DNA from: Candidatus Latescibacterota bacterium
GTDB taxonomy: Bacteria; Latescibacterota; UBA2968
Direction: 5' to 3'
Length of the DNA stretch: 64,000 nucleotides
NCBI GenBank assembly: GCA_965222605.1
Contig: OZ244960.1
Coordinates: forward strand, 5,792,001 to 5,856,000
The notes below the pieces were generated by a model. That model was not told the origin of the DNA. It saw nothing but the letters and a program-made list of their open reading frames with translations, and ran no database searches. Positions 11,724-21,704 of the stretch are shown in pieces. Position 1 is the first letter of the stretch, and each line of letters begins with the position of its first letter. The translations under genes were made by a program, and so were the position numbers.

Positions 11724-13412
11724 TCACGCCTCTCCAAAGACATCGTCTGCGTCTCGAATGGTGTAGCGGTAGCCCTGTTCGGTGAGGAAGGTCTGGCGGT
11801 TTCGGGCAAATTCTTGTTCGCGGGTATCGCGCGTGACAAGGGTGTAAAAATGAGCCAGGCTGCCATCGGATTTGGGACGCAATATGCGCCCGAGACGTTG
11901 GGCTTCTTCCTGGCGCGATCCGTACGTGCCAGAGAGCTGAATGGCGACGCTGGCGTCGGGCAGATCGACGGCAAAATTGGCGACTTTGGACACGACGAGG
12001 ATCTTGATTTTGCCCTTTCGAAATTCTTCGTAGAGGTGATCGCGATCTTCGGTGGGAGTTTTGCCCATAATCAACGGCGCGTCGAGTTCTCGTGCCATAT
12101 ATTCGACCTGGCGGATATATTGCGCAATGACGAGGATTTGGTCGCCTTTGTGTTTTTTCAGCAGGTGTTTGACCAGGTGGATTTTGTCGGCATTTTCCGA
12201 TGCGATGCGGAATTTGGCGCGTCTATCTGCTATGGCATAGCTGAGCCGCTTGCCCTGTGGCAATGGCAGGCGAATTTCACAGCATTCTGCAGTTGCTATC
12301 CAGCCGCTGGATTCAAGCTCTCGCCAGGGCACGTCGTAGCGTTTGGGCCCGATGAGTGAAAAGACATCGGTTTCGAGGCCATCTTCGCGCACGAGGGTGG
12401 CTGTGAGGCCCAGACGACGCCGGGATTGCAATTCGGCGGTAAAGCGAAATACGGGTGCGGGAAGCAGGTGAACTTCGTCGTAAATAATGAGGCCCCAATT
12501 GCCCTGATTAAAAATGCTGAAGTGGGGGAAGTCTTCCTCCCGGCTTCTGCGATAGGTCAAGATATTGTAGGTGGCAATGGTAATGGGCCGAATTTCTTTG
12601 CGCTCGCCGGAATATTCGCCAATCTGGTCGTCGGTGAGGCTCGTTTTGTCGAGGAGTTCTGCTTTCCACTGGCGCGATGCCGTGATGTTGGTGGTCAGGA
12701 TCAGGGTTTCGCACTGGAGGGTATTCATCGCGGCCATGCCCACCATGGTTTTACCCGCGCCGCAGGGCAAGACTACCGTGCCGCTTCCGCCATCGGGACC
12801 TCCGCCCGCGTGGAATATATCGACGGCTTCGTGCTGATAATCGCGCAATGCAAAGGGATTCCCCGATAGGGCAATCTGGCGATGTCGAAATTTGAGTGTT
12901 CTGCCTTTGAGATATCCAGCGCGATCTTTGACCGGGAATCCGATGCGCGTAAGAGCCTGTTTGAGGTGCCCTCGATAGAGGGGCAAAATGCTGATGCGGT
13001 GGGCGTCGAGTCGCTTTTCAATATAGGGCTGGACGGCTTTTTGGCGACAGATTTCAAGGATGATCAGTGGGTCTTCAGAAGACAGGATGAGCGCGTCGTC
13101 TTCTTTGTCGAGATAGACTTTGCCATAGCGGCTCATGGCCTCGCGGATTTCGACGCCCACATTCTGAGGGATGTCGTATTTGCCGTAGGTTTCGAGGGTG
13201 GTGATGATTTCTTCGGTGGAGACGCCGGCTGCGGCTGCATTCCAGAGCGAGAGGGGATTGATGCGGTACGTGTGTATGTGCTCGGGACTTTTTTCTAACT
13301 CGGCAAAACGCACGAGCCGGTCTCGCGCCGCTTCGTATCTGGGCGAATTGACTTCGACGAGAACCGTGAGGTCGCTCTGGATGATGAGGGGATTTTCTGG
13401 GTTATAGGTCAT
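11724..13412 (-). CDS. XPB/Ssl2-like DNA repair helicase
   Basis: NPLIIQSD, AELEKSPEHIHTY, VLPCGAGKT, DEVH, GLTAT, QRLGRILRPK. Confidence 0.93.
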   Translation of the reverse strand: MTYNPENPLIIQSDLTVLVEVNSPRYEAARDRLVRFAELEKSPEHIHTYRINPLSLWNAAAAGVSTEEIITTLETYGKYDIPQNVGVEIREAMSRYGKVYLDKEDDALILSSEDPLIILEICRQKAVQPYIEKRLDAHRISILPLYRGHLKQALTRIGFPVKDRAGYLKGRTLKFRHRQIALSGNPFALRDYQHEAVDIFHAGGGPDGGSGTVVLPCGAGKTMVGMAAMNTLQCETLILTTNITASRQWKAELLDKTSLTDDQIGEYSGERKEIRPITIATYNILTYRRSREEDFPHFSIFNQGNWGLIIYDEVHLLPAPVFRFTAELQSRRRLGLTATLVREDGLETDVFSLIGPKRYDVPWRELESSGWIATAECCEIRLPLPQGKRLSYAIADRRAKFRIASENADKIHLVKHLLKKHKGDQILVIAQYIRQVEYMARELDAPLIMGKTPTEDRDHLYEEFRKGKIKILVVSKVANFAVDLPDASVAIQLSGTYGSRQEEAQRLGRILRPKSDGSLAHFYTLVTRDTREQEFARNRQTFLTEQGYRYTIRDADDVFGEA

Positions 13413-13417
13413 ATTTT

Positions 13418-15106
13418 TTATTCGCGCTCTACCGTCACGTAATACGCACCGGCGAGGCGATTGCCTTTCGCGTCTATCCACCACGTTTGCAAAGTCGCGG
13501 GACCACTCGACAAATCCACTGTAAATGTTACGGATAGGTCATCTGGGCGCACGTCCATTTCATGTTCAGAGCCGCCGATCTGCATCCACGCCCGATCTAC
13601 GGGGAGCGCTTTTCCAGCCATCAATGTACCGTCAACGCCTTCCATCACGGGAGCCGGTGCTGTAATTGCGAGATTCGATTCTCGGGGCCAGCGCCGCAAG
13701 GTGATGTCGTATTTTCCGGACTGTGCAACCGCAAGTTGCCAGATACCGCTGTCCATCACACACCCGCGCACGCCCCCGGGATTATCGCAATAAACGCCCA
13801 TCCAATCGCAACTGGACAATCGCGAGGAGTTTTCTTCGTCTGTCCCGATGGAAATGGGGAAGTAAATATCGAGATTTTCGCCAACCTCCTCCCACCACGC
13901 ATCGTAATGCGCCCGCATATTTTGCACGACATTGGGGTGTTGGTCGGCGATGTTGTGTTCTTGTGCGGGATCGCTGTCGAGGTGATACAGTTCGGTATAA
14001 TCCACGAGACGCCATCGATTCCACAAAACTGCGGCATTGCCTTTGCGCGTGGTTCGATTCCCCTTTGGGACATTGTGACCGTATTGTACGACGAGCATCC
14101 GATCTTCCAATTCTTCTCGTTCGCGCAAGAGGCCGGTTAGAGAAACGCCATCACAGGCAGTGTCCTGGGGTTCGTCGAGACCGCAGAGGGAGATCAGGGT
14201 TGGCAACACATCTGTACCGTGCGTGGGATCGGGTATATCACGGGGGTCTCCCAACTGCCCTTTGGGCCAGCGAATAAAGAACGGAACGCGGTGACCGCCT
14301 TCATAGAGCGTGGTCTTTTTTCCGCGCATGCCGGCGTTGTACACCGTTTCTCCGTTTGCCGTCCCATTATCGGTCATAAAAATCAAAATGGTATTGTCGC
14401 GCAGTCCGGTTTTGCAGAGAAAGTCGTCGAGTTTGCCCATGTTTTCGTCGATATTGGCAATCATTCCGTAAAAACTGGCGACATTATATGCGACATGCTC
14501 GAGATAGGGCTGGCGGTATTTGTCGGGAACCCACAGCGGGGTATGGGGTGCGTTGGTAGCGATGTAAGCAAAAAACGGCGCGTCGCCCTGTTTCTCGATC
14601 CAGTTCATAGCTTCGTCAAACCACACATCTGTGCAATACCCTTCAAAAGCTTTAATTGTTCCATTGTGCCGATAGTAGTCGTCGAAATAGTCATTTCCAA
14701 AATAATCCGCAGCGGATGTAATTCCCCAGGCGGGATGGTGAATCGTTTCGTGAAAACCCCTATCCTGTGGGCGGTAGGGATAATTGTCGCCGAGGTGCCA
14801 TTTGCCAAAATGCCCCGTGCGATAGCCATTCATGGCGAAAATATCCGCCATGGTCGGCAATTCGGGATTCATCAACGACCGCCCCATGCACACAAATGTG
14901 GCGCCATTTCGGAGCGCGTCTTGGCCTGTCAACAATTCGCCGCGCGTTGGCGTACACATGGGTGCGACGTGGAAATCTGTGAATCGGATGCTCTCGTCGT
15001 GTAATACATCTAAATTCGGTGTTTTAATGATCGGATTGCCATGGCAAGCGAGATCGCCATAGCCCTGATCATCGGTGAGAACAAAAACCACATTGGGTTT
15101 GTTCAT
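13418..15106 (-). CDS. Arylsulfatase (Cys-type)
   Basis: PNVVFVLTDDQGYGD, CTPTR (CxPxR), GKWHLG. Confidence 0.95.
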   Translation of the reverse strand: MNKPNVVFVLTDDQGYGDLACHGNPIIKTPNLDVLHDESIRFTDFHVAPMCTPTRGELLTGQDALRNGATFVCMGRSLMNPELPTMADIFAMNGYRTGHFGKWHLGDNYPYRPQDRGFHETIHHPAWGITSAADYFGNDYFDDYYRHNGTIKAFEGYCTDVWFDEAMNWIEKQGDAPFFAYIATNAPHTPLWVPDKYRQPYLEHVAYNVASFYGMIANIDENMGKLDDFLCKTGLRDNTILIFMTDNGTANGETVYNAGMRGKKTTLYEGGHRVPFFIRWPKGQLGDPRDIPDPTHGTDVLPTLISLCGLDEPQDTACDGVSLTGLLREREELEDRMLVVQYGHNVPKGNRTTRKGNAAVLWNRWRLVDYTELYHLDSDPAQEHNIADQHPNVVQNMRAHYDAWWEEVGENLDIYFPISIGTDEENSSRLSSCDWMGVYCDNPGGVRGCVMDSGIWQLAVAQSGKYDITLRRWPRESNLAITAPAPVMEGVDGTLMAGKALPVDRAWMQIGGSEHEMDVRPDDLSVTFTVDLSSGPATLQTWWIDAKGNRLAGAYYVTVERE

Positions 15107-15122
15107 ATCCTCTCCAGAAATA

Positions 15123-16136
15123 TCATTTGTCTTGAAAAAACGCGCGGTTGATTGTAAAAGATTTGGCGACGAGATCTACCCGTCTCAAGATGGGAGCCTT
15201 TTTTTTATTGGGCGCGTAGAGTCCTATATCGATAAAGAAAAGTCGGTTGAGATCGACATCGACAAAAGCATAGCTTTTGAAGGGACCACCTTTCCACTCG
15301 GCTTCGTTTTCCCAAAGGCCCTGAAGTACTACGGCGAGTTTGCCCGCAAATTCGACCTGCCGAACAGTAACTTCGCCCAGGACAATGCGGTCGCCGCCAA
15401 ACCACTGCCCCATGATGTCGTCGCGCTTTTGAATAACCCAGTCTTCGGTGAGTTGATCGGGGTGTACATCGTCTTCCCAATAAACGGAAAGCCAGCGGTT
15501 GGGGTTGTCTCTGGCGAGTACGATAAAGTTGGGATAGGTTTCGAGGATGCGATAGCCAAAGGGCACACGCACATTCCAACCATAGGTCTCGGCGAGTTCC
15601 TGGGTGACATCTTTGCGTTCGCCAAAGCTGTAAACATTTTCTCGCACACTGTGATCAACGGCATTTTCCAGAGTGCTATACAAACGATCAGATTCCACAT
15701 AGAGGTTTTCAACGGTGGTCTCTATATCTTTTCCCGATACGATATAGAGGGTTTGATCTTTGGCCCACACGTCTTCTTTCCAGGTTACACCCGCGCGACC
15801 GTCCAAAATGGTTTGTTGCACTTCGGGGCTGAGTATTTCTTTGACGAATTGCGCGGTGGGGTGATTGGCATTGAGGGGCGCGATAACCATGAGGCTTTTG
15901 CGCTGGTCGTGTTTGTGTGCCCTGAGGAAATTGACATCGCCCTGTGCAATTTCATAAACGCGTTCGGCCTGGGGCGTATAGATAACGGTTTCAAAAATTT
16001 CGCGGAGGGGGTCTTCCAGGGTTTGCCAATCGGTGGAATCGGCCAATACGATGATTTTGCGAGCAGGACCGAGGGATTCGGGTAAGTGGTCGCCACATCC
16101 GATGCACAAGAGGAAAAAAAATAGAAAAAGGCGCAT
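15123..16136 (-). CDS. DUF4837-like lipoprotein
   Basis: Signal peptide ending IGC; TPQAE, DVWAKDQ, GLWE....GGPF motifs. Confidence 0.75.
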   Translation of the reverse strand: MRLFLFFFLLCIGCGDHLPESLGPARKIIVLADSTDWQTLEDPLREIFETVIYTPQAERVYEIAQGDVNFLRAHKHDQRKSLMVIAPLNANHPTAQFVKEILSPEVQQTILDGRAGVTWKEDVWAKDQTLYIVSGKDIETTVENLYVESDRLYSTLENAVDHSVRENVYSFGERKDVTQELAETYGWNVRVPFGYRILETYPNFIVLARDNPNRWLSVYWEDDVHPDQLTEDWVIQKRDDIMGQWFGGDRIVLGEVTVRQVEFAGKLAVVLQGLWENEAEWKGGPFKSYAFVDVDLNRLFFIDIGLYAPNKKKAPILRRVDLVAKSFTINRAFFQDK

Positions 16137-16216
16137 AACAATATCGAAAAAAAGGTGGTTGAGTATAACAAAAAATAAAGATAACAGGATTTGGAGACAG
16201 AAACAATGTTCAAGTT

Positions 16217-17332
16217 TTACGGAATATAGTGCCGGGGAAGACGCGCGCCGAGCAGAGAAACAACTTCGTGTGAAATACAATTTCCCCATTGGGCGAGGTC
16301 GTTCACGGTGATTTTGCGGTTACCCTGTTGTCCGAGGAGGACGACTTCTTCGCCGACGGAAACGGGCGGTATATCGGTGACATCGATCATGATGATGTCC
16401 ATGCAGATTGCACCGACAACCGGGCAGGGTTTTCCGCAGATGAGGACATGGGATTTATTGGACATGCGGCGGTTGTAGCCATCGGCATACCCCAGGGGCG
16501 CAAGGGCGATGCGAGAGGGGCGCGCGAGTGTGTATGTGCCGCCGTAACTGAGGGTTTGGCCGGTAGAAAAATTTCGCACTTGCGCGATCCTCGCTTTGAT
16601 GGTTAGCGCGGGAGAAAGCGAGAGCACGCCTACACCTTGCGTGGGGGGAATGCCATAGGTGAGCAATCCCACGCGCACGAGATCAAAATGCGATTCGGGC
16701 ATGTGAACGGTCATGGCGCTGTTGGCGGCGTGGCGCCAGGGAACCGAAATGTCTGTGAGTTTGGACAGGCATGAGGCAAATGTTTTTATTTGATGGCGCG
16801 CCTTGTCCATGTCTTCTGCGCGTTCCCATGCCACATGTGTTGTGATACCCTCGAGGAATAAGTAGGGATTTTCGGCGATTTTTTTTACAAAGGCGGGGAC
16901 CTCGTCGGATAATAGGCCAAGGCGCCCCATGCCGGTATCGACTTTGAGATGTATGCGGGCGCGTGTATTGTGGCACTTGGCCGCGGCTTCCAGCGGTGGT
17001 ATCGCGGCGGGATGACCGATGGTTTGAGACAGGTTGTGGGCAACGATGCTGTCGGCCTGTTCGGGCATGGTGGGGGCGAGTACGACAACTGGCGCTGTGA
17101 TGCCCGCACTGCGAAGGGCAACGCCTTCTTGTAGCAGGGCAACGCCGAGTGCAGATGCGCCGCCTTTTATGGCTGCTTTTGCAGCGGGTATGAGACCATG
17201 GCCGTAGGCATTGGCTTTGACAATGGCCATGACCTGCGTTGTTGGCGAGACGAAATGGCGGACTGCGGAAATATTGTTCGCAATGGCCGATAGATTTACT
17301 TCGAGCCATGCGGGTCGGTCGGGTTGGGGCAT
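16217..17332 (-). CDS. alr: Alanine racemase
   Basis: VKANAYGHG, HLKVDTGMGRLG, GYADG, GAICMD. Confidence 0.97.
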   Translation of the reverse strand: MPQPDRPAWLEVNLSAIANNISAVRHFVSPTTQVMAIVKANAYGHGLIPAAKAAIKGGASALGVALLQEGVALRSAGITAPVVVLAPTMPEQADSIVAHNLSQTIGHPAAIPPLEAAAKCHNTRARIHLKVDTGMGRLGLLSDEVPAFVKKIAENPYLFLEGITTHVAWERAEDMDKARHQIKTFASCLSKLTDISVPWRHAANSAMTVHMPESHFDLVRVGLLTYGIPPTQGVGVLSLSPALTIKARIAQVRNFSTGQTLSYGGTYTLARPSRIALAPLGYADGYNRRMSNKSHVLICGKPCPVVGAICMDIIMIDVTDIPPVSVGEEVVLLGQQGNRKITVNDLAQWGNCISHEVVSLLGARLPRHYIP

Positions 17333-20300
17333 TTAGTAGAGTACCTCAAAGCGCGATCCCAGATCGGGATATTTGGTGACTTCGATGCGTACGGGAAATG
17401 CCTGTTTGAGCGATTCAATGTGGGTAATGACCAAAATTTTTTCAAAATCCCCGCTGATGGCCTGTATGGCTTCCACAAGGTGGTCGAGTCCTTCGGCATC
17501 CTGGGTGCCAAAGCCCTCGTCAATGACCAGGGTTCGCAGGCGCGTGCCCGTGCGGCGGGCAAGGAGTTTGGACAGGGCAATGCGGATAGAAAAGTCAATG
17601 CGAAAAGCTTCTCCACCCGAATAGAGTTCGTAGCTGCGTTCGCCGAGTTCGTCGCTAATTTTAATGTCGAGGGTTTCGCGCGTTCCCCCGGTTTTGAGAT
17701 CCCGCAGAGATTCCAGGGCGATTTGGGTGCGGTTGTCTGTCAGGCGCGCGAGAATGCGATTGGCTTCTTCTTCGATTTCTGGAATGGCTTGTTCGATGAT
17801 GAGTGCCTGAATGCCGTCTTTGCCAAATGCGGTGGTCAGTTCGCGGTAGATGCGGATATCGCGTTCGCAGGATTTGATTTTTTCTTTAACTGCGTTTTGT
17901 TCTGCGCTGAGTGCATCGCAGTGTTCAATTTGAGATTGCAGAGCGGCATTTTTTTGTAGCAGGCTGTCGCGTTGGGCACGCATCTGTGCAATATTTTTTT
18001 CCAGAGTATTGGCTTCTTCAAGGGTTGATTCGGCGCGGTTGATGGCTGCGGCGATTTCTGTCAGGCGTTGCCGCGCTTGCTCGTTGCGCTCTGTGAGTTC
18101 CGAGAGGCGTTTTTGGGCGGTTTTGAGTTGCGTTTGTGCATTTTCGAGGTCGCGTTCGGCTACTTGAAGGCGTTCGTATTGTGCTGGGGCATCTTGCAGG
18201 GCGGCGAGTTGCTGAGAGATGCGCTGGTGGTGTTCGGCATTGTAATTCAGGGTGTGGATACGATGGCGCACCTGTTCGCGTTCTGCCCGTTCATTGGGCG
18301 CGTATTTGGCTTCGTCCAGCCATTGTTGTGCGAGGTCGCGTTTTTTGCGAAATGTGGGCAATTCCACGAGGATTTTTTCTTTTCGTTCTTCGGCGAGTTG
18401 GAGTTGGGCATTTTGCGCTTCAACAGAATCGAGTGCTTTGAGTTTTTCGCGCAGGGTGCGGTGTTCGGCCGGGTTATAGCTCAGGTTTTCAAGCGCACTG
18501 CGGGCCTGGGATAGGGCACGTGCATCCGGGCTGTTCTGGGTTTGTTCGCGCAATTGGATTTTAAGGGCGCTGATTTCAGCCGACAATGACTCGCGGGTTT
18601 GCACGGCATTTTCGGCTTCTTTTAGTGCGGCTTCGGCTTCGGCGAGGCGTTGGGCGATGCCTTCGCGCTGTGCGAGTTGATTTTTAATCTCTTGATAGCG
18701 ATGTCTGTGTTGTTCGCGTTCTGCTTCGGCTTTTTGAATATCCGATTCCAATTTTGTGGTCAACGTCTGTTGTTCTCGCAACTGGTTTGAGAGTTTTGCA
18801 GCTACTTCTTCGCGGTGGGTCTGGTCGAGTTCGCTGCCGCACAGGGGACACGAAGCGTCCTGAACATTTTGCAGAATTTGCTGCTGTTGGGCGATGTCTT
18901 CACGGGTTTGGCGCAGGGTGTTGAGGCGATCGAGATCGTTTTCGATCTGAATTTTGAGGGCACTGCCTTTATTGCGAATCCCATCGCGTTCTGCTTCGAG
19001 GGATTGGATTTCTTCGGCTTGTGCGCGGAGAGATTGCCGCGTTTCTCTGCGCGCTTCATCGTCGGCTATCAGTACATCGGTTTGCTGTCTGTGATGTGTG
19101 CGGGTGTTGATATCTACTTTTATATTTTCAACAGCACTATCTATTTGTCGCTCGAGGTCTCGAATATTGCGTTCAATGCGCTCTCGGTTTTCGCGTATGT
19201 CTTCCCATTCGCGGTCCTGTTGCCTGGCTTTGTGCAATGCTTCGACCTGGGTTTGAATGGTTTGGCGATCGGATAGAAGTACTTCTGTTTCTCGCAATGA
19301 GCGTTCTGCATCCCCAATGCGTATTTGCCATTCGCCGAGGCGGCGTTCCACTTCGTGACGCTGGTCGGCGATTTTTTGATCGAGTTCTCCTGCGCGTTTT
19401 TCAAGCGGTCTCAAGGCGTGTAGTTTTTTTTGCAGGTCTGCGTCTTCTTGTTGGAGTGTCCGATATTTTTCGGCGGCGTTTGTGACTTCGGCGCTTCTGT
19501 CGAGGATTTCGCGATAGGCCGACACGTCTTGCCGCGCTTTTTCACATGTGGTTTGTTGTTCCCGCATGTCCGATTCGATGCGGGATACATCCTTTTGAAG
19601 GGCCTCGCTCTCGGCTTCATGGCGTTCGCGTTGGGTGCGTATTTTTCTCAGTGCTTCGCGGCGATTTTCCGCGCTTTCCAATTCGCTATTGCAGGTATGG
19701 AGTTGTGCGTTGACGCTATCGCGCTGTGCTACAAATTCATCGCGTTTTTCAATGGTTTGCGCAATGTCATCTCTTTTTGCGCGAGCAGTTGCAAGTTCTA
19801 TATCTCTCTTGCGCGCGTGTTCTCGCGCAAGAGAAGACAGGTCGTCGTAATGCGATAAACCGAGAATGTCTGAGAGGAGGGCTTTTCGCTGGCTCGCTTT
19901 GCAGCGCGTAAATTCGTCTGCGCGACCCTGAAGCAGAAAGGCCGAGTTGATAAAGGTCTCGTATGTCATTCGCAACAGGGTATCGATGCTGGCCTGTGTT
20001 TGGCGTATAGCACTTTCTTCCGAGAGGGTTTTGTATGCGTTCGTTTCTGGGGAGTAAATTTGAAATTCGAGACGAGTGGTCGCGCTTTTGCCAGTTTTGC
20101 GAAAGCTGCGGCTGATGCGATAGCGGTCATTTTCGAGGAAAAATTCAAAATCGACCCGCATTTCAGTGGCGCCAATCCGCAGCAGACCGTCGCTGGGACG
20201 ACGTTCACTGCCGGATTTGCGGGCTTCTCCCCACAGTGCCCAGGTGATGGCATCGAGCAGGGCAGATTTGCCGTGCCCATTGCGTCCAGATATACAGGCG

Positions 20301-20383
20301 ACGTGAAAGCCCGAAAAGTCGAGCGGGGGCACGTTTTCGCCATAGCTGAGGAAGTTCTGGAGGGAAAGGCTTATGGGAATCAT
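17333..20383 (-). CDS. sbcC: SbcC/Rad50 SMC-family ATPase
   Basis: GRNGHGKS Walker A, long coiled coil with CPLC hook, YSGGE, IDEGFG. Confidence 0.93.
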   Translation of the reverse strand: MIPISLSLQNFLSYGENVPPLDFSGFHVACISGRNGHGKSALLDAITWALWGEARKSGSERRPSDGLLRIGATEMRVDFEFFLENDRYRISRSFRKTGKSATTRLEFQIYSPETNAYKTLSEESAIRQTQASIDTLLRMTYETFINSAFLLQGRADEFTRCKASQRKALLSDILGLSHYDDLSSLAREHARKRDIELATARAKRDDIAQTIEKRDEFVAQRDSVNAQLHTCNSELESAENRREALRKIRTQRERHEAESEALQKDVSRIESDMREQQTTCEKARQDVSAYREILDRSAEVTNAAEKYRTLQQEDADLQKKLHALRPLEKRAGELDQKIADQRHEVERRLGEWQIRIGDAERSLRETEVLLSDRQTIQTQVEALHKARQQDREWEDIRENRERIERNIRDLERQIDSAVENIKVDINTRTHHRQQTDVLIADDEARRETRQSLRAQAEEIQSLEAERDGIRNKGSALKIQIENDLDRLNTLRQTREDIAQQQQILQNVQDASCPLCGSELDQTHREEVAAKLSNQLREQQTLTTKLESDIQKAEAEREQHRHRYQEIKNQLAQREGIAQRLAEAEAALKEAENAVQTRESLSAEISALKIQLREQTQNSPDARALSQARSALENLSYNPAEHRTLREKLKALDSVEAQNAQLQLAEERKEKILVELPTFRKKRDLAQQWLDEAKYAPNERAEREQVRHRIHTLNYNAEHHQRISQQLAALQDAPAQYERLQVAERDLENAQTQLKTAQKRLSELTERNEQARQRLTEIAAAINRAESTLEEANTLEKNIAQMRAQRDSLLQKNAALQSQIEHCDALSAEQNAVKEKIKSCERDIRIYRELTTAFGKDGIQALIIEQAIPEIEEEANRILARLTDNRTQIALESLRDLKTGGTRETLDIKISDELGERSYELYSGGEAFRIDFSIRIALSKLLARRTGTRLRTLVIDEGFGTQDAEGLDHLVEAIQAISGDFEKILVITHIESLKQAFPVRIEVTKYPDLGSRFEVLY

Positions 20384-21621
20384 TCGCTACCTCTGAGTTC
20401 GGCTTCGAGTCGCGCGCCGTAATTCTGAAGGTCTTTTTCCATTTCTTTGAGGTCGGGGTGGTTTTGCAAGTATGCGTGGAGCGCGTCTTTGATGCCCATA
20501 TCTTCTGAAATGCTGGCTCTGCGCTGCTGTTTTTGGACTCTGGGCTTGGGCGCAATGCTGGCGATCATGAACGCGTCTTCGAGCGCGTTTTTGACGGCTT
20601 TGAGGTCAACGGTATCTGTGTGGTCGCCGGGCAAATCGTAGATGACGCGCACAATAGCATCGGTCAGGGTGTGTTTGTCGATGGCTTCGAGTATGGCTGT
20701 TGTAGGGTCCTGATCTGGGGCGATATCAACCGATATCGTGGAAAAGGGACGGGCCGGTGTGCGTACAAATTTGTAAGATGTCGTCCTGCCTGTCTCCTGA
20801 GTCTCAATTGTGACCATGACGACGCCTTTGGTTTCTCGCTCTTCGCCAAAATCAATGCGTTCAATGCTGCCGGAATACACGACAGGGGGTTGAGCATTGG
20901 GGTTGAGGTCCTGAAATTTGTGGATGTGGCCCAGGGCGATGTAGTCAAAGGCGAGATTGGCGAGTGTGCTGGTGAGAAAAACGGGATCTCGCCCAATTAT
21001 TGCGGTTTGTTCAGAGCCGGATAAGGTGGCGTCGGCAGCGGCGAGATGGCCCACGAGAACGGAGGGGATAGCGGGATTGACCTGTGCGGACAGACGGTCA
21101 ATCAGGAGGGCACCCAGGTCTTGAAGTTTTTCGACAACTTCTTCTTGCGACAGGTTGTGATAGGGCCCCTGGGTTAACAGGCGGCTGCGGTGCAGCCAGG
21201 GCAAGCAGGCAACTTGAATGGGGCCAGATTTTGTGTCAATGTCGATGAGGCGGTCTCCAGAGGCAATATAGACGCCTTTAGTGCCCAATGTGCCAAAGAT
21301 GTCAACAGATGAGGCTTTGCCATAAGATACGGGGCTGTCGTGGTTGCCGGTGATCATGACGATGGGTATGTCGCGGGCGCTGAGCATGTGAATGAGGGAT
21401 GCAAATTCGCGCTGGTGCGTGGGCGTGGGATCGCATGAGCGATAGGCGTCACCGGCGAAGAGGACGAGATCGACCTCTTCTTTCAGTGCTTCTTCAAACG
21501 CAAACCGAAGGCTTTTGATAAAGTCTTGCAAGCGCGTGTGAAGGCCCGTGCCCGAATCGAGACGGCCGTAATTTTCAACGCCAATATGGGTGTCAGCAAC
21601 GTGTAGAAATTTGATGGACAT
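20380..21621 (-). CDS. sbcD: SbcD/Mre11 nuclease
   Basis: HVADTHIG, AGD, GNHD, ALGHIH, YSGS. Confidence 0.93.
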   Translation of the reverse strand: MSIKFLHVADTHIGVENYGRLDSGTGLHTRLQDFIKSLRFAFEEALKEEVDLVLFAGDAYRSCDPTPTHQREFASLIHMLSARDIPIVMITGNHDSPVSYGKASSVDIFGTLGTKGVYIASGDRLIDIDTKSGPIQVACLPWLHRSRLLTQGPYHNLSQEEVVEKLQDLGALLIDRLSAQVNPAIPSVLVGHLAAADATLSGSEQTAIIGRDPVFLTSTLANLAFDYIALGHIHKFQDLNPNAQPPVVYSGSIERIDFGEERETKGVVMVTIETQETGRTTSYKFVRTPARPFSTISVDIAPDQDPTTAILEAIDKHTLTDAIVRVIYDLPGDHTDTVDLKAVKNALEDAFMIASIAPKPRVQKQQRRASISEDMGIKDALHAYLQNHPDLKEMEKDLQNYGARLEAELRGSE

Positions 21622-21704
21622 GGTAGATAGGTTATTATGGGGAGGAAGAAGGTAGGGGAAATTTAAGGAAGAAATAGGAAGGTGAAAAGAGCAAAGTGCT
21701 ACCA